Of a stretch of 64,000 nucleotides of DNA, positions 39,401 through 53,027 are shown piece by piece. The notes beneath the pieces were generated by a model. The model was not told the DNA's origin. It did no database searches and saw nothing but the letters and a program-made list of their open reading frames with translations. The DNA comes from Mobula hypostoma. Taxonomy: Eukaryota. A program made the translations under genes and the position numbers. The stretch covers positions 100,876,001 through 100,940,000 of the forward strand of contig NC_086097.1 in the NCBI RefSeq assembly GCF_963921235.1. Reading direction: 5' to 3'. The stretch's first letter is position 1. Each line of letters begins with the position of its first letter.

Positions 39401-41184
39401 GCCAGCAATTTCTTTTCATTTATCTTCTGTTCACAGACATACATATTAGCACTGCTGCCATCCAAAGCAATGCTAGTTAACTCAAAACTAGGAAAAACAA
39501 ATAAAATAATTCACTTGCAGATGGATGCTAAGTGCCTTATCGGTCTAAATGCCAATAATACCTTTCAACTTTCTGTAAATCAGTCTCCCAGATATTCACC
39601 ATTCTTTCCACGTAACAGAGCTTTTGATTTTATCTTGAAAGAAAATGATAGCAGTAGTAATAAGCATTTCTCATGCACCCATTGTGGTTTCAGACACACA
39701 ATTTAGATTTCCCATACATTAGCAGCATATTTATTGGCAACTAACTATGTCTTTAAAAAAAACAGAAATCAAGAGATAAAACTAGATAAATGACATTATT
39801 TCTAAAAAAAATCATTATTATTTTGTTGCAATTTCACAAGATTAGTTTTACTTTCTTAATTGCTTACCACCAATCATGAACATTTAATGCTTCCAAGTGC
39901 AGATGGCCTGCTCAAATACTTTTGCATCAGGAGGCACAAATTTCTTTAGCAAATTTATAAAGATACTAATATTATTATTTCTCAATTAACCTATGTCAGA
40001 TGCAAACTACCATAGATATTATTTCTGCCAAGGTTTTATTGCAATTATTCTTCAAAGGGTCTAACTAGTATTAAAGAATGAGACAGTGGATTAATGGTAA
40101 AAAGACACAAGAGACTGCAGAAGCTGGGATTTGGAGCAATAAACAGTGCACTAGACGAGATGAGCAGGTCAGGCAACATCTGTGGAAGGAAATGGACAGC
40201 TTGGTGGTGAGATCCTTTATCTGGGTAATGGAAAAGATGTTATTTCCGTGGTATAAGAAATAGAAGGAACTATTCCTTAATAAGAATTGATTTCCACCAA
40301 TAACACATTTCTACACTGATGGCCTGGTTAGCTGAATGGAACAGTGGGAAATGGAATTGAATCCAGAGAAGTGTGAGCTATACCTGTACTGTGTTGAATC
40401 ATTAGAGAACATCTGATCCTGAAGTATGAACACCTATAGCCACTGTATTAAAAAAAAGACACCCATTTAAGCTGCATGCTGCTGTGGTAGGAACAAGTGA
40501 AATCCTCTGCCTTTTGCTCACTCTCCTGTGATCTGTGTATAGAGTGAATCATGAGCCATTGTGGAGTGGCCATTGTAGGAGTGGCCACATTGTAAAAGTG
40601 GGACAAGAAGCTTTGGAGAGAACCAGGTAAAACCACCAGCCTTTCTTCTTTACACTTCTCCGACAAGAGTAGTTGAGGTTTAAATTTGGTTAGTAATAAC
40701 ATAGTTTTCTACTACTTCTTAAGCAAGTCAAACTTTTTCCTCAAAGCTTTACTCATGGCAGGCTGCCAGGGTCCTGATGATTACACATTTAAGAAGTGTG
40801 TCCAGCTGTAGCTCCTGACAGACCACATGAAGGCAATGAAGCTATGCATGATAGATTCAGCATGCAGCATCCACACTATTGAAAACATTGTGCATAACAT
40901 GATTAGTAGGATATTCTCACTGCTGGTTAACAGCCGAAGGAAGTATAGGGAATGAGTGTCAGCAGGCAGAGCAGTTGCTGAAGTTAGTGTGGTCATCTCT
41001 CACAAAAACAGTTATGTTGCTTTTCTATACAAAAAAGCCAAGTGCAAAAGACACAAAGAATACTGGATTCTAAAACTACCATGACTGTTTATGCCTTAAA
41101 AAAAAAACAACTCACTAGTGGAAGTAGTCTATAGGTCACCAAATAATAACACTACAGTGGCAGAGAAAATAAACCAAAAATATT

Positions 41185-44100
41185 GCCAGATGTCACAGGG
41201 CACTTCAATTTGCACCTAAATTATGTGTATCAGTTGGTCTAGGCAGTCTTGAGGAAGAATTCATAAGATAGCTCTCCTAAACAGCATGTTACTGAACCTA
41301 CAAGGGAACACGTTATCTTACATCTGGTCCTGTGCTATGAGACAGGTAAAAATTAATGATTTTGAGGTGGGGAATCCTATTGGAAAGAGTGATCACAGTA
41401 TGGATGAATGTCTCATACAAATGGAGGGTGCACTAGTTCAATCTAAAACCAGTGTACTTTGCCCAAGTATGGAAGACTACAATAGGATGAGGGAGAGCTG
41501 TCTATCACAGACAGGGAACACAGGCTATATGGTAGGACAGCTGAGGAACAGTGGAAGACTTTCAAAGAGATTTTTCACCGTGCTTAACTAAAGTATATTG
41601 CAAGGAAAGCAAGGGACTTTGATAACTAAGGAAATAAAAGAAGGCATCAAACTAAAAGCTCATACATACTTAGTCACCAGGAGTAGTGGGACACTAGAAG
41701 ATTAGGAACTCTTTAAAAACACAAAAAAAAACACTAAGCAAGCAAAAAGGGAAGATAGATTATGAAAGTAAACTCACACAAGATGTAAAAACAGATAGTA
41801 AAAGCTTTTATATTTACATAAAGCGGAAAAGGGTAGCTAGAGTGAACATAGGTCCTTTGTAGGACAAGAAGGCAGAATTAATAGTGGATAATGTCAAAAT
41901 AGATGAGACTGAACAAATATCTTGAGTCAGCTTTCAGAGTGGAGAACACATCTAACATTCCAACGAGAGATGTTATGCATGCATTGGCAAATGAGGTCCT
42001 TGTTATAATTGTCATCACTAAAGAGGTAGCGCTGAGCAAGTTAGTAGGCCTAAAAATAACTAAGTCCCCTGACTTATTGCATCCCAGGTACTGTGCAAAA
42101 TAGTATAAGTTGTAATAGAGGAGTCTGTAATATTTTACCAGAGTTTTCTGGATCCTGGGCAGATGCCAACAGATTGGAAGACAGGAAATATCACATCACT
42201 ATTTTAAAAATGATAGGTAACTATGGACCAGTTAGCTTAACATTTCTTCTCAGAAAAATGCTTGAAGCTATATTTAAGGAGAAACTAGACAACGGGGTGA
42301 CCCGTTGGGGCACCCTTTGAGAGAAAGGTAGTGCAGTCTGATGTGACCAGAATGAACATTAAATTTTCCTGAATGCTATTGGTATCGCTTTGCTTTGGAA
42401 ACTGAAGTATAAAACCTCAGTTTATTAAAGAAGAATGACGCGTAGCAAAGCAAATATAGCTCCTCCTCATTTAAGGAAGGACACTTTTGATGGTATCATT
42501 TCTGGTTTATCTGCCACCCTCGTGCCTCTCATTGTCATTCTGGAGACGTGCAGTCCTTTCATCCCCCATCTCTTCATCTCTTCTGCTGTTTGTTCTTTGT
42601 CTCTGATCCTGGAGACTGCATTTCTCAGCTCCTTTGTCTCTTCCTCTCTCCTCCTTGTGTGCCTGTTTTTGTCATTCTGGAGATGTGCAGCCCTTTCATC
42701 CCCCGTCTCTTCATCTCTTCTGCTGTTTGTTGTTTGTCTCTGATCCTGGAGAAGTACATGCCTCTCCTTCTCTGTCCCTTCCTTCTCTCATCTTTTTTTG
42801 TCCTGACTCTTTGATCCTGGAGTCGTGCGGCCCCGGCCTCATCCGATTCTTGTTCTCTTCCTCTCCTTGCTGCTTCCCGATGATGTTTGGTGTCATCTCT
42901 TGACCATAATGTCCCCCTTCCTTTTCCACACGGCATAATTAGACTGACCTTTTTTTTTACCCTAATGCTGGATAGACGATACGAAGCACTAATGCCAAAG
43001 GATGCTGATTATTCTTGATGATGTGGTTGGCGCTGTCCTAAATGGACATGATATAGTCACCACTGTCCTTTGACTGCAGCAAAGGGCTTTATGGATGTCT
43101 TAAAGTACGTCATTATAATAAGATTTAATTATCTCTTATTGATGGGTGGCAGTCAGATCTGTCCCAATCCTACACATGCTGATGGTGATTAGCAGAATGT
43201 CACCCCTCGAAATAGAGCTGCCCTGCCCTTTTGCTCTGGTAGGTGTTGCTGCTGAGGCTGGCCGTGCGCATGCGTCAGGCTGTCGCGTCCTGATTTCCAT
43301 GATGGGCGATCGGGTTTCAGGTGAAAGCCAGCCTGTTGAATGAGCAATTTTATACGAATATATAACCCTGAAGTTTGCCTGCATTCTGTAAGTCAGCGCA
43401 TTTTAATTCGATTTAGCCAAAAAAAGTGCTGCTTTAGTGCATCGTTTGTACTAATTGGAGATCACAAGCAGACAGAGCATGAGAATGTTAGTAGTATATA
43501 GATAGCAAGGCACTTGGGTTACATCAGGCAGACAGAGCATGGATTCAGGAAGGGCAGATCCTGTTTGACAAACATACTGCAGTTGTTTGAGGATAAAACA
43601 AGTACAGTGGATAGAGGGGAACAGGTGGATGGTGTGACATCCATAAAATAATGATGAATATCGTTGGGGGTAATATATCAGCACAGATAGAGGATTGGCT
43701 AACCAAGAGAATACAGAGAGTTAGGATAAATGGGTGTTTCTCTGGATGGCAGTCAGTGATGAGTGGGTTGCCACAGGGGTTGGTGCTGGGCGTGCAACTG
43801 CTCATGATATACATTAATGATTTGGAAGATAGGAGTAAATGTAGATTATCTAAGTTTGCTGATGACACTAAATTAAAGTGGAAAAGCAAATTGCACAGAG
43901 GACATGCAGAGAAATATAGGTTAGGTGAGTGGGCAAGGGTCTGGTAGATGGAAGACAATGATGGTAAATGTAAGGTCATCCACTTTGGAAGGAAAACTAG
44001 AAGATCAGATTATTATTTAAATAGTGAAAAACTGCAGCATATTCTTGTGCAGAGGAACTTGGGAGCACTGGTGCATGAATTGCACAAAGGTTGGTTTGCA

Positions 44101-44740
44101 GGTGCAGCAGCTTATCAAGAAGGCAAATAGAATGTTTGCCTTCTTTGCTGGAAGGATTGAAATTAAGAGCAGAAATGCTTTGCTGCAACTGTACAGAGCA
44201 TAGATGCTGACTGCAGCTGTAGTACTTTATGCAGTACTCTCTTCACTTGAGAAAGGATATATTGGCTTTGGAGGTAATACAGAGGAGGTTCACCCAAAGA
44301 GGACAGGGTTCACCAATGAGATTGACTCATCTGGTATTAAAACTCATTAGAATGCAGAAGAATGAGAGGAGATCATATAGATGCATACAAAATTACAAAA
44401 GCTATAAATACATAAGATAGAGACAGGAAGGTTGTTTCCACTGGTAGGTGACACTAGAACTAGGGGACATAGCCTTAAATTCAAGGAAGTACATTTAGGA
44501 CAGATATGAGAAGGAACTGCTTTTCTCAGACAGTATTGAATCAGTGGAATTCTCAGCGCATGGAAGCAGTAGAGACAATCTATTTAGATATGTTTATGGC
44601 ATGGATAAATAGACTTCCGCATTGTAGGAGAATTAAGGGCTATGGAAAAAGAGCAAGTAGGTGGAGTTGATCAGATTCAATGACAGAGCAGGCTCAGCAG
44701 GTGAGATGGCCTACTTATGCTCCTCTTTCTTATGATTTTA
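41185..44740 (+). mobile_element. Decayed CR1 ORF2 interrupted by a Helitron
   Basis: PIGKSDHSM, NYGPVSLT and SGLPQGLVLG...SKFADDTKL. The flanks rejoin as GAGAAA|TAGCAAGG. Confidence 0.8.
42285..43502 (-). mobile_element. Non-autonomous Helitron
   Basis: Minus strand starts TCTATATACTACTAAC and ends with hairpin CAACGGG-TCAC-CCCGTTG then TCTAG. It sits between A and T with no TSD and carries a charged N-terminal ORF remnant. Confidence 0.8.
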
Positions 44741-46249
44741 TCAGGAATAGTGCAGAAACCACCTCTGAGATGTGCCATTGAGCAGGCTTGGCCATGCAGT
44801 GCAGCCACTTAGCACTGAGATGTGAGGCACAAGGCTGCTCCTTGGCTGGCACAATGAATGTGGAGAATTTTACAGAATGGCAAGACTTTTCCTGACATGG
44901 TGACAGACCACATGACTCCTATAGGCTCTCTATCATCTCTTGCTAAGTATAATGGAAACTGCTAACTTTGCCTCTTTCTGGCTATACAGCTTTCCCCAGC
45001 CAAAGACATTTCTCTTTGGTAACAAGCTCAACAACAGTTTAGAGTGGGAACTATACATGAGTAGGTGAGGCAGGCAATAGTCTCTGCTGTGAAAATAAAG
45101 GCAGTTTGGGAGGTGGTGCACTCTTTCCATGATTTACACTGGATGTCTTCTGACCCATGGAGAAGATTCCAAGTCCCATCCAAATGCTCCTTCTCTACTT
45201 TGAGGGGTCATGGGTCAAGTATTCCATGAGTAAGTGGGACATTGCACATTTTTAGAGAGGGCTTCAGAACATCTTTGAACTTTAGTTTTTCTATCTACCT
45301 GGTACTCTTTTCACATGACTGACAACCAAAGAGTATTGGCAAGGGCACAGACACAGGACCAACTAGCCTGTCCAATGGAGTCAACTAAGTTGTAATTAGG
45401 ACCTCAGTTTTGGTCAACATAGGTTTTTTTAAAATTTAAAGATATAGCATGGAACAGACCCATCCGGCTCAACGAACCACACCACCCAGCAACGCACCTT
45501 TTTAACCCTAGCCTAATCACAGGACAATTAACCTATTAACCAATTAAACCTTTGGACTGTGGGAGGAAACCAGAGCACCCAGAGGAAACCCACGTGGTTC
45601 AGGGGGAGAACCTACAAACTCCTTACAGAGGGCCCAGAATCAAACTCCAAACTCCCGGCAGTAGATTTGGAGGATTTTACATAGAAGGTATTGGTGATCT
45701 CTCTTCCAATGCTTGGAAATGCCAACACAAGTAGTCCAAGGCAAGACTCAGACTGGAGAGCTCAAGTCATGCAAAGACACTGGATAAACAGGGTCTACTT
45801 TCCTGGAGTATAGGAGGTAGAGACATGATCTTACAGAAGTATATTAAATCAAGAGGGACATAGATATGTCATGGTCCGGTCCGTGAAGTCCGCATTCTGG
45901 TTCACGGTCCGGTCTGTGGACTCAGGACTCCGGGTCTTCCAGCTGTCCCTTGACTGAGTTAATCATAGGCACCTGATTCCCATCTTTGAGCTTGCAATAT
46001 AAGTAGCCTTGGGGTTGAGTGTGGGCTGTTGAGCTCTTGGTTGGCTGGTTAGGTGGATTGAGTGGGTGGGGACTTTGGTGTGGAGGAGCCTAGTAGTTTG
46101 GAAAGGGTTAGCTTGTAGCCTATGGCTGCAAAAGGGAGGGGGGGGTTGAGATTGAAGGGGGAGGGTGGGAGACTGTGGAATACTCCAGAAGTAAGGGTAG
46201 CCAAAAGAGGGGTGCATCAAGTGAAAGACCTGAAGTAATGCCGGACAAC

Positions 46250-47323
46250 AAATTGAGGAAAATGGGTGAATTGGAGGAATTTATAGTTCTGTAGAAAATT
46301 AAAGGTCAGAAGGAAGGAGAAGGAGGATTTAGAGCCCTTAATCCTTTGAAAGTGGCAGCAGCATTAGAGAACCAAATAGGTAAAGGATGCCAGGCCAAGA
46401 TTCTGTCTAATGGATTGCTGAAAATTTGTTGCAAAGACATTGACCAATATAACAGTGCTAAAATGGTGGGAAAATTGGTTGTGAAAGTGGAGCGTATTAC
46501 TCTGAAAGAAGGGAAGGGAGTTAAGGGGGTAGTGTATGGTATTTGGTCTGGCATGACTGAAAAGGAAATTTTGGACAATATTAAAGGTGGTTGAGTGATT
46601 GAAGCCAAATGATTAAAATTGAGAGAAGGTGGTAATTGGGATTCCCCTGTTCTTCTGGTTTTTGCAGGTGATGTTCTTCCAACTAGAGTCTATCTTGGGT
46701 GCATATCTTATCAGGTTAGAGAATACATTAGGCCTCCCTTACGCTGTTATAATTGCCAGAGATTTGGACATGTTGCTGGTTCATGTCGAGGTAAAAGAAG
46801 ATGTATGAAATGTGGAGAGAATCATGATATTAAAGCGTGTAAGGCAGCGGTGTCTAAATGCAGTAACTGTGGAGGGGACCATATAGTGGCGTTCAGAGGA
46901 TGTGAGTATTTTAGTAAGGCAAAGCAGATTCAGGATGTTAGTATCCAACAAAAAATATCATATGCTGAAGCAGTAAAGAAAGTTGATAGAGAGCAAAGGG
47001 TAAGTAAAGAAAAGATTGGAATGACAGGGAGTCAGCACATTCTGAGTTCTCCAACTATGGTTCCTTCAGGCATGTTGTTGATGACTAAAGAGTCTTTTTT
47101 GGTGCTTGTTGTTGATGTACTGGTCGGGGCTAAAACTACAGCCAAGAGGTCGGATATGATAAAAGTAGTTGTTGGAGCTGCAGAGAGACTCCTTGATATA
47201 AAACAGATTTCGCTGGAAAAATTACATGAGTATATGATAGACAAACAATCACTGAATACTTCCCAGTTGTTGGGATCAGAGAGTACGGAGGAGCTTTATG
47301 TGGATGAAGAGGCCAATAATTAG
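46250..47323 (+). pseudogene. Nimb ORF1 (gag-like), disrupted
   Basis: LNPLKVA...VKGVVYGI; CYNCQRFGHVAGSC, CMKCGENHDIKAC and CSNCGGDHIVAFRGC; stops near 46594-46612. Confidence 0.85.
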
Positions 47324-47330
47324 TATTTTG

Positions 47331-50300
47331 ATGTTTTTAATATTACAATGGAATGCAAGAAGTTTATCTGTAAATGGTCAAGAATTAAAAAGATTTGTTG
47401 GAACTTTTAAAGACAAGCGTGATTTGATCTGTATACAGGAGACAAGGTTAAAGTCTCATTTAGATTTTGTGATCCCTGGATATGATAGTTTGAGAGCTGA
47501 CAGAACAGGTAAATCTGGTGGAGGGTGTGCAACTGTCATAAAAACAGGACTCCAGTTTAGAAGACTTGATATTAAATCTAACCTTGAAATTGTGGCTGTG
47601 GAGGTTTGGAGCTCTTCTGGTCAAATAACTTTTAACTTTTATAATCCAGGTAATATGATGTTATTAGATTTGGATGAAATTATGACTAAGGTAAAATCCC
47701 CAGTAATCTGGGTTGGAGACTTCAATGCCCATAATCCTATATGGGGTAGTGAAAGTAAAGACAGTAATGGAGCGGTAATAGAGGAGTTTCTAGATAAATA
47801 CAACATGGTACTGCTAAATGACGGAAGGCCTACAAGATTTAATATTGTAAAGAATACGTGTAGTCACTTAGACTTATCTATCACTTCCTCAAACTTAGCT
47901 AGGGTTGGGGAATGGGATGTCATGGACAGATACACACTAGGAAGTGAACACTATCCTATATTATGTCAATTTGGTAGAAATTTGATAGTAGAAGTTGAGG
48001 AGACGTCTGCTAGGTATAATTTTTCTTTGGCCCATTGGGATGAGTACCAGGAGAAAGCTGTGGATATAATAGAAGAAATTAATAGCGAGGGCTCCATAGA
48101 TGATTGGAATGAATCCTTCTGTTCTATAATTCATAAAGTTGCTCAGTTGACTATTCCACTATGGAATGTACTTAAGGCTCGAGCATTAGTTCCGTGGTGG
48201 AATAAAAATTGTGATATAGCAGTAAGAAACAGAAATAGCGCCTACAGGAAATTAGGAAAGTACCCAGTGTTAGATAATCTGTTGGTGTCTGCTATCCTCA
48301 GCCCGCGCCACAGCGGCCTCAATGACAACAGACCGGTGGCATTGACCTCCCACATCATGAAGACCCTGGAGAGACTTGTGCTGGAGCTGCTCCAGCCTAT
48401 GGTCAGGCCACACTTAGATCCCCTCCAGTTCACTTACCAGCCCCGACTAGGAGTTGAGGATGCCATTGTCTATCTGCTGAACCGTGTCTACACCCACCTG
48501 GACAAGCCAGCGAGCACTGTGAGGGTCATGTTTTTTAACTTCTCCAGTGCATTCAACACCATCCGCCCTGCTCTGCTGGGGGAGAAGCTGACAGCGATGA
48601 AGGTGGATGCTTTCCTGGTATCATGGATTCTTGATTACCTGACTGGCAGACCACAGTACGTGTGCTTACAACACTGTGTGTCCGACAGAGTGATCAGCAG
48701 CACTGGGGCTCCACAGGGGACCGTCTTGTCTCCCTTTCTCTTCACCATTTACACCTCGGACTTCAACTACTGCACAGAGTCTTGTCATCTTCAGAAGTTT
48801 TCGGATGACTCTGCCATAGTTGGATGCAATCAGCAAGGGAGATGAGGTTGAGTACAGGGCTACGGTAGGAAACTTTGTCACATGGTGTGAGCAGAATTAT
48901 CTGCAGCTTAATGTGAAAAAGACTAAGGAGCTGGTGGTAGACCTGAGGAGAGCTAAGGTACCAGTGACCCCTGTTTCCATCCAGGGGGTCAGTGTGGACA
49001 TGGTGGAGGATTACATATACCTGGGGATACAAATTGACAATAAACTGGACTGGTCTAAGAACACTGAAGCTGTCTACAAGAAGGGTCAGAGCCGTTTCTA
49101 TTTCCTGAGGAGACTGAGGTCCTTTAACATCTGCCGGACAATGCTGAGGATGTTCTACGAGTCTGTGGTGGCCAGTGCTATCACGTTTGCTGTTGTGTGC
49201 TGGGGCAGCAGGCTGAGGGTAGCAGACACCAACAGAATCAACAAACTCATTCGTAAGGCCACTGATGTTGTAGGGATGGAACTGGACTCTCTCACGGTGG
49301 TGTCTGAAAAGAGGATGCTGTCTAAGTTGCATGCCATCTTGGTCAATGTCTCCCATCCACTACATAATGTACTGGGTGGGCACAGGAGTACATTCAGCCA
49401 GAGACTCATTCCTCCGAGATGCAGCACAGAGCGTCATAGGAAGTCATTCCTGCCTGTGGCCATCAAACTTTACAACTCCTCCCTTGGAGGGTCAGACACC
49501 CTGAGCCGATAGGCTGGTCCTGGACTTATTTCATAATTTACTGGCATAATTTACATATTACTATTTAATTATTTATGGTTCTATTACTATTTATTATTTA
49601 TGGTGCAACTGTAATGAAAACCAATTTCCCCTGGGATCAATAAAGTATAACTATAATGTTATGGAGTATAAAAGGAAACAGCAGTGGCAAGGAGAGTAAT
49701 TAAAAATGCAAAGAGGGATAGATTTTGTGGAACCCTGGGCCCTGAGACACCTATAAAGCAGCTATGGACAATCATTCACAGAATGTCAGGGATATATAGG
49801 AAACCATCTATCCCAGCTTTGCTGGCAGGAGATATTGAAGCTGTAACCAATAAGGAAAAGGCTGATATGTTTGTAGAGGTGTTCCAAGCGTTACACAGTT
49901 CTGGAGAGTTAGGTGATTTGAGAAAGGAAATTATGTTAAAGGAAAGTTGGAAATTAGACAGGAGTTTGGATGATAATAGCTCCATAGATTTGTTTTTCTC
50001 CCTTCAGGAACTGCAGGAAGCTGTCCAATCAGGTTCAAACACTTCTGATAGGGATGGACTGTGTTATGAATTGCTTAAGCATTTAGTTGACTCTGTATTA
50101 ATAGAAATTCTAGCATTGTTTAATTCAGTGTGGAAAGAAGGAAAATTACCAGCAGAATGGAAGCATGGGATGGTAGTTCCAGTTTTAAAGTCCGGTAAGG
50201 ATGCGTTTAGTCCTAGTTCGTATCGACCTATAGCTTTAACTTCAGTGCTTTGTAAAACTATGGAATGAATGGTCACCAACAGACTTGTTTACTTTTTGGA

Positions 50301-52448
50301 AAATAAGGGACATTTTGCTGCCTATCAAAATGGTTTTAGAACTGGAAGATCAACAATGGAATCTGTTGCCCTTTTAGATCATGATATTAAAAAAGCGTTT
50401 CAAAATAGAGAAGTAATGGTAAGTGCATTTCTAGATATTGAAAGAGCATATGACTCACTGTGGAAGGATGGCTTATTAATTAAAGTCTATGATGCGGGAA
50501 GCAGAGGTAGAATGTTTAATTGGATCAAAGATTTCCTTAAGGAAAGGACAATTCAAGCATAAGAATAGGTAGAACAAGCTCCAAGTCAGTTAAAATACAA
50601 ACGGTAGGTAATGGTACCCCTCAAGGAAGTGTCATTAGTCCAGTTCTTTTTAATGTCATGATAAATGATATCTTTGATCAGGTAGGGACAGGATTTGGCA
50701 AATCATTGTTTGCAGACGATGGTGCAATCTGGAAAAGAGGAAGAAACATCAAGTATATATCAAGGCAGGTACAAAAGGCTTTAAGATCAGTTGAAAACTG
50801 GGCTAATAAATGGGGTTTCAGGATTTCTGCTTCTAAGTCCAAATACATGATTTTTGGCCTTAGAAGAAAGATTCCTGATTGTGAATTGTGTCTATATGAT
50901 TCTCCACTAGAAAGAGTCAAGGTATTCAAGTTTTTAGGTGTCTGGTTTGATGAAAGACTTACTTGGAGGGTTCATATAAATAAAACAATTGGAAAGTGTG
51001 AGAAAGATTTAAATGTTATGAGAAGTATTGCTGGATGCAACTGGGGAGCAGGGCGGGAAACTATGCACTTAATATATCTAGCTATGATTAAATCAGTTAT
51101 AGATTATGGTTGTATTGTTTATGGTTCCACTGCTACGGCAGTGCTTGGAAAACTAGACACTGTGCAGTCCAAGCACTTAGACTCTGTTGTGGAGCCTTTA
51201 GAACAACATCAGTCCTGGCATTATGTGTGGAGATGGGAGAAGTGCCTCTACATTTAAGACGAGTTCAGTTGGGCCTGCAGTGTTGGGTAAAACTAAATGG
51301 ATTCAATCACAGCTGTCCATCAAAGTGTCTTTTGCAGGGGAAGTTGGAGCGCCAAAGTAAAATTAGAAGATACTCATTTTTAGATTTGATTAATAACTGG
51401 GCTGTGAAATTGAAACTGACTGAGGAAGACATAGTTGGCCAAATTTGCTTGCCACCCGTCCCTTTTTGGCTCTTTCCAGAACCAGAAGTAGACCTATTCT
51501 TCCTTTTTTAGGAAGCAGTGCAATTTCATCAGCGTTGATCACAAATGAATATTTAAATAATAAATGGGGATCTTATCTGAAGATTTTTACTAATAGCTCA
51601 GTGGACCCAGTGGATCCTGCAGTAGGGCAGGATTTGGGATGTATGTGTCTCAACTTGGAGTTAAGATTGGTCACCGGGTTTCAGATGGTGTTTCTGTCTT
51701 TGCAACAGAATTATTAGCAATCCTCTGGGCCTTATGGTGGAAAGAAGTCTCTCGACCACGTAGGGTTATCATCTGTTCGGATTCTGCTGCTGCCTTAGAG
51801 TCTATAAAAGGGAGTAAATCAAAAGCTCGTCCTGACATAGTTATTGAGATTCTCTTAGTGTTGTTTACAGTAGGGAAGATGAGTTGTGCAGCTAGATTTT
51901 CATGGATACCTGGGCATGCTGGGGTGGAGGGAAATGAAATTGTGGATGGCATTGCAAAGTCTTCCTTACAGAGCAGGCAAGTAGAAATTAGAGTTCCCCT
52001 AGGCAGAGCAGAATTGAGAAGTAGGATTAAAAAAGGTATAGCAAAGAAATGGCAGGAGGATTGGAAAAATGAATTAAGGGGCAGGCATTATTTTTCTAGT
52101 CACCCACTAGTTAAAAAGGTCTCAGACTGTTACCTTTTAAATCGTAGAGATATGGTGAAATTTACAAGACTTGGGTTGGGGCATTGTGGGCTAAACTATT
52201 ATTTAAAGATAATAGGAAAACATCCCACTGGATTATGTGACTGTGGTAGTCCAGAGACAGTCCAGCATGTTTTGCTGAGCTGTAATCGACACAAAATTGA
52301 AAGAAGCATGCTGTTCAAGAGGCTATCTGGCTTAAATTTATTTTGGTTTTCTATTCAATCTTTGTTTGGCCATCAAGAGAATCAACATCTGATTGAAGAG
52401 TTTATCATTCAGTTTATACGTGAGACTAGGTTGTATTCGAGAAGTTGA
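47331..52448 (+). pseudogene. Nimb ORF2 (APE-RT-RNase H), disrupted by stops, frameshifts and a Rex1 insertion
   Basis: Consecutive ORF-track pieces starting at 47298, 49684, 50269, 50658, 51110 and 51639 are in the expected domain order. Confidence 0.9.
48279..49652 (+). mobile_element. Young 5'-truncated Rex1 LINE inserted in Nimb ORF2
   Basis: RPVALTSHIMK, DPLQFTY, GAPQGTVLSPFLF and KFSDDS; 3' gatcaataaagta; TSD ATAAT (48274-48278 and 49653-49657). Removing it restores the Nimb frame ...LDN|VMEYKRK. Confidence 0.92.
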
Positions 52449-53027
52449 GTTCCTTGAAGTTCTATAATTAATTATACATCCTGCAGAGGACTGTAATATG
52501 CCTAGATAAGAATAAGAATAATCCTGTCAGATCCCCTGGGAGCAGCCTGCTGATGGAAGGCTGGTGAAACCATTCATGATCTCTAGGCCTGGTTGGAGGA
52601 CCACCGCTTCATGGAGCCTTGTTACCACTCGTTGGAGTAGTCTTTGTGGTATGGATTCAGCTGTTTCCTGGGCCAGCTGAGTGGCTGCCAGCCACTCTGA
52701 GCTAGGTAGGGATCCAGCTGTTTCCGTAGCCAGCTGAGGGTGCTGGCTGAACTGAGACTGGGAGCTTCCCTGGAGCAGAGATGGAACTATCTGTTGTTCT
52801 TTGGTGTTTATCTCTTCTTGCCCTTGCCTCCGTGGGGTAAGCCAGGCCGTTTTGCCATTGCTCTGCAGGGGGATCTGTCTTGTCTTGTCCTCACCTCTGT
52901 TGGGTAAGTCTGGCCATTCTGCCGTTGCCTGACAGAGAGACCTTGGTGTGGAGATGAAGTTGAGTCCCGGCTTGTCGAAGGATAAGTCCCGGCTCCATGT
53001 TGATGTTCAGTTCCCAGTCTGACTCTG

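Larger units (their letters stand above)
46030..52522 (+). mobile_element. Near full-length Nimb/I-group LINE
   Basis: ORF1 has three CCHC knuckles. ORF2 has APE (ILQWNARSL, GDFNAH), RT (YRPIALTS, GTPQGS, FADD), RNase H (ATELLAI, SDS, WIPGHAGVEGNE) and C-terminal CDCG..ETVQHVLLSC. Tail is (TAAGAA)n. The 5' boundary is approximate. Confidence 0.9.

Noticed and set aside
39562..39633. Candidate minus-strand exon with AG/GT ends
   Set aside because: Stops in all three frames and no CCDC9 similarity; a non-coding exon cannot be excluded.
47298..48845. A single native LINE ORF2
   Set aside because: The ATAAT TSD, a composition shift and resumption of Nimb at 49658 show two elements.
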